From positions 40,897 through 101,284 of the forward strand of contig CAYUQB010000003.1 in assembly GCA_964446735.1 (NCBI GenBank): a stretch of 60,388 bases of DNA, given 5' to 3'. Numbering within the stretch: the stretch's first letter is position 1; the number at the start of each line of letters is the position of its first letter. Below the pieces are notes generated by a model, which saw only the letters and a program-made list of their open reading frames with translations, did no database searches and had not been told where the DNA came from. Source of the stretch: an uncultured Candidatus Saccharibacteria bacterium. GTDB taxonomy: Bacteria; Patescibacteriota; Minisyncoccia; Phycocordibacterales; Phycocordibacteraceae. The position numbers were made by a program, and so were the translations under genes. Of this stretch, positions 58,374-60,388 are shown one piece after another.

Positions 58374-60388
58374 TCAGATCTGAACCCACCCGAAGACGAA
58401 ATTCCAGAAGCTGGCGAGGAGCTCAACAAGCCAGGTGAGGAATCCAGGTTGCGCAACTTCAACGGCAGCAAGCTGTGATTGGGGGTCGAGTGCGGTGCCC
58501 TCATCTGCGTAGGCAACTGCGCCAAGACCCGAAGAGAGGCCTGAGGCACCCACTCCCTTGCCATCGAGTGGACCACCTGGCTTCGGTCGCAGATCATATA
58601 CCCCATTTACGTGATCGAACTTCACAAAGGCAGCCGCCTGAGCTGCAGCACCCTTCACCAGGATATTATTCGAAACAGTCACACCGGGCACGGCACCAGG
58701 CTCATTCACATATGTGGCGATATTGTTGCGTATGATTGCATTCTCTGGAGGCGGCAGGCCATACCGCTCCTTCGCTAGGCCTACACGGATCCACGTGTTT
58801 GTGGTGGTTTCAGACGGATGTGCCACCGTATTATTCTCGATCACCAAGTTCTTCGTGCCTCCCGTGTAGATACCGTGATACGCACTTACCAGGACGACAT
58901 TGTTTCGAATGACCATGTCGGAGACTGCCCCATCGAAGTGCCCAATCCCTTGTAGGTGGCCAATAAGAGAACGGGTCGAGCTCGTAGTCTCCTGGATCCA
59001 GTTGTCCTCGATCCGAATGTTGCTGTACGCAGCACCGTTTAAGGCAAAGATCTGGATGCCGTCGTCGTGGTTTCCGTCGCCATCAGCAGCTCCAGCCATG
59101 GACTCAATGATTCGGTTATTCCGTACGGTAATGTCTGAACCATTTGGACGGAGGCCATCCCCTGAGAATCCAATGATGTCGTTGTTCGCAATCAATGCCT
59201 TTACTTGGTTCGCAGTGCCCATACCGTCGCTCGCAATATTCATGCCGAAACTGACGTGATGAATTTTATTGCCGGTAATCGAAACGCACTGAGTATTGCG
59301 AGTTCCTATCCCGTTCGCGGTTTGATTTATCCACTGGTCAACACTTAGTGAACCACTCTTGAAGGAATAAAACTCCCCATCTGCCACAACAATGTTGGAA
59401 CCGCCCATGAAGTTGAGCATGTGCAGGTTCTCGGTTGTGTTCGTGAATTCACCATTGGTAATGAGCCAGCGCGTGAGACTTCGCAATTCCATTTTTTTGA
59501 TGATCGCGCCCTCTTGGACATCGAGCCAGATCCAGTTGGCTGCATTTGCAAGTCCGGGATTTTTGGAGGAGTCGGTATAAATGCTCTCGTGGGTGCCGGG
59601 AAGCAGTACGATGTGATCACCTGGTTTGATCAGTTTGAGGGTGAACGCTCCGTTGAGAGATTTGAATGGTGCTGCAGCAGAACCATCTCCGGTATCTAAC
59701 CCGTTCCTCGGGTCCACATACACTATTCGTGCATAGCTAGTGGCAGGCGCCTCACATCCTGGGTAGACCGCATAGGATTTACCTGGGCCTGGCTGCGGAG
59801 TTGGAATGGGTGTTGGAGTCGGGGTGGGAGTAGGTGTTGGTGTTGGTGTTGGTGTTGGGGTGGGAGTAGGCGTAGGCGTGGGAGTCGGGGTTGGAGGGAC
59901 ATTCGGTGAGTTGGACGTAATCGGATCAGATGGTGGAGTCCCGGTAAAGCTGGTCTTCACGAACACTGAAGCCTTGCTTGTGCCTCCTTCCCCGTTGCAG
60001 CTTACGGTGTACGAGGTAGAGAGGAAGGGTTTGACCTCACGAGAACCTGAGGTCTCTCCACGAGTGGAGAATCCGGAAGACGCACGACATGTGCGGGCGT
60101 TGGTAGCACTCCAGGTGAGCGTGACAGAACCCCCTGCAGCAACGGAACCAGACGAGGCAGAGAGTGTGACCCCGGGAGCGGGGACTTCGGTATCAACGGG
60201 AGCTGGCTGTGATGATACGGCGGGCGTGGTGATAGAGGTCTGGGGTGCAGGAACAAAAGGATTCGAGATCGATACCTTCCCCGTACGGTACGACTCTTGT
60301 GCATGCTGAACCGCTTCAGTGGCACGTTCAAGCGCAGGAAGTGCATTAAATGGAATGAACGGTGCTTGAGAAATAACTGCCTCTTCGA
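58374..60388 (-). CDS. Large secreted protein (5' end beyond the window): Ig-like repeat, (PT)n linker, right-handed beta-helix, C-terminal hydrophobic helix
   Basis: Frame is open from the window edge; VDPRNGLDTGDGSAAAPFKSL, repeated I.NN.I...GDG strands, NHDDGIQ. Confidence 0.8.
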   Translation of the reverse strand, partial: EEAVISQAPFIPFNALPALERATEAVQHAQESYRTGKVSISNPFVPAPQTSITTPAVSSQPAPVDTEVPAPGVTLSASSGSVAAGGSVTLTWSATNARTCRASSGFSTRGETSGSREVKPFLSTSYTVSCNGEGGTSKASVFVKTSFTGTPPSDPITSNSPNVPPTPTPTPTPTPTPTPTPTPTPTPTPTPTPIPTPQPGPGKSYAVYPGCEAPATSYARIVYVDPRNGLDTGDGSAAAPFKSLNGAFTLKLIKPGDHIVLLPGTHESIYTDSSKNPGLANAANWIWLDVQEGAIIKKMELRSLTRWLITNGEFTNTTENLHMLNFMGGSNIVVADGEFYSFKSGSLSVDQWINQTANGIGTRNTQCVSITGNKIHHVSFGMNIASDGMGTANQVKALIANNDIIGFSGDGLRPNGSDITVRNNRIIESMAGAADGDGNHDDGIQIFALNGAAYSNIRIEDNWIQETTSSTRSLIGHLQGIGHFDGAVSDMVIRNNVVLVSAYHGIYTGGTKNLVIENNTVAHPSETTTNTWIRVGLAKERYGLPPPENAIIRNNIATYVNEPGAVPGVTVSNNILVKGAAAQAAAFVKFDHVNGVYDLRPKPGGPLDGKGVGASGLSSGLGAVAYADEGTALDPQSQLAAVEVAQPGFLTWLVELLASFWNFVFGWVQI
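59797..59898 (-). repeat. (Pro-Thr)n linker
   Basis: PTPTPT...PIPTPQ encoded by degenerate 6-mers. Confidence 0.85.

Overview
This window is a core-genome segment of a small-genome bacterium, most likely Patescibacteria/CPR (Parcubacteria-like; inferred from compact rpoB/rpoC, a NusB-NUDIX fusion, a short SMC, extended L32/S16 and a sortase). It uses the standard code: TGA, TAG and TAA all end clear housekeeping genes. Housekeeping genes present: prmC, hisS, a UvrD-nuclease, rpoD, dnaG, rpoC, rpoB, trmD, khpA, rpsP, rnr, gdh, smc, rnc, nusB, rpmF, rnhB, dnaE, thrS, gyrB. About 20 self-contained orphan gene units (own sigma70-like promoter, strong SD, own hairpin) sit between them. No tRNA, rRNA, CRISPR array or transposase was seen. 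Main observations: (1) Expression looks two-tiered. At least 18 core genes have a TAnnnT box 6-7 nt before ATG and almost never an SD (predicted leaderless), whereas the orphan units carry GGAGG(G) SDs. (2) A stand-alone ~95-nt three-way-junction RNA (15358->~15262) has a CCCUCCCC motif complementary to those SDs. (3) A surface cluster pairs a sortase with a six-Ig-repeat protein whose LPYTG sorting signal is internal and followed by a cytoplasmic domain resembling the DnaX collar, next to a CARDB protein with Tyr/Cys repeats. (4) Several peptides under 60 aa were missed by the ORF track, including a 54-aa Arg-rich peptide ending in WWW. (5) An orphan OmpR-type regulator has Glu at the phospho-Asp position. 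All protein calls are motif recognition by eye; no database searches were run.
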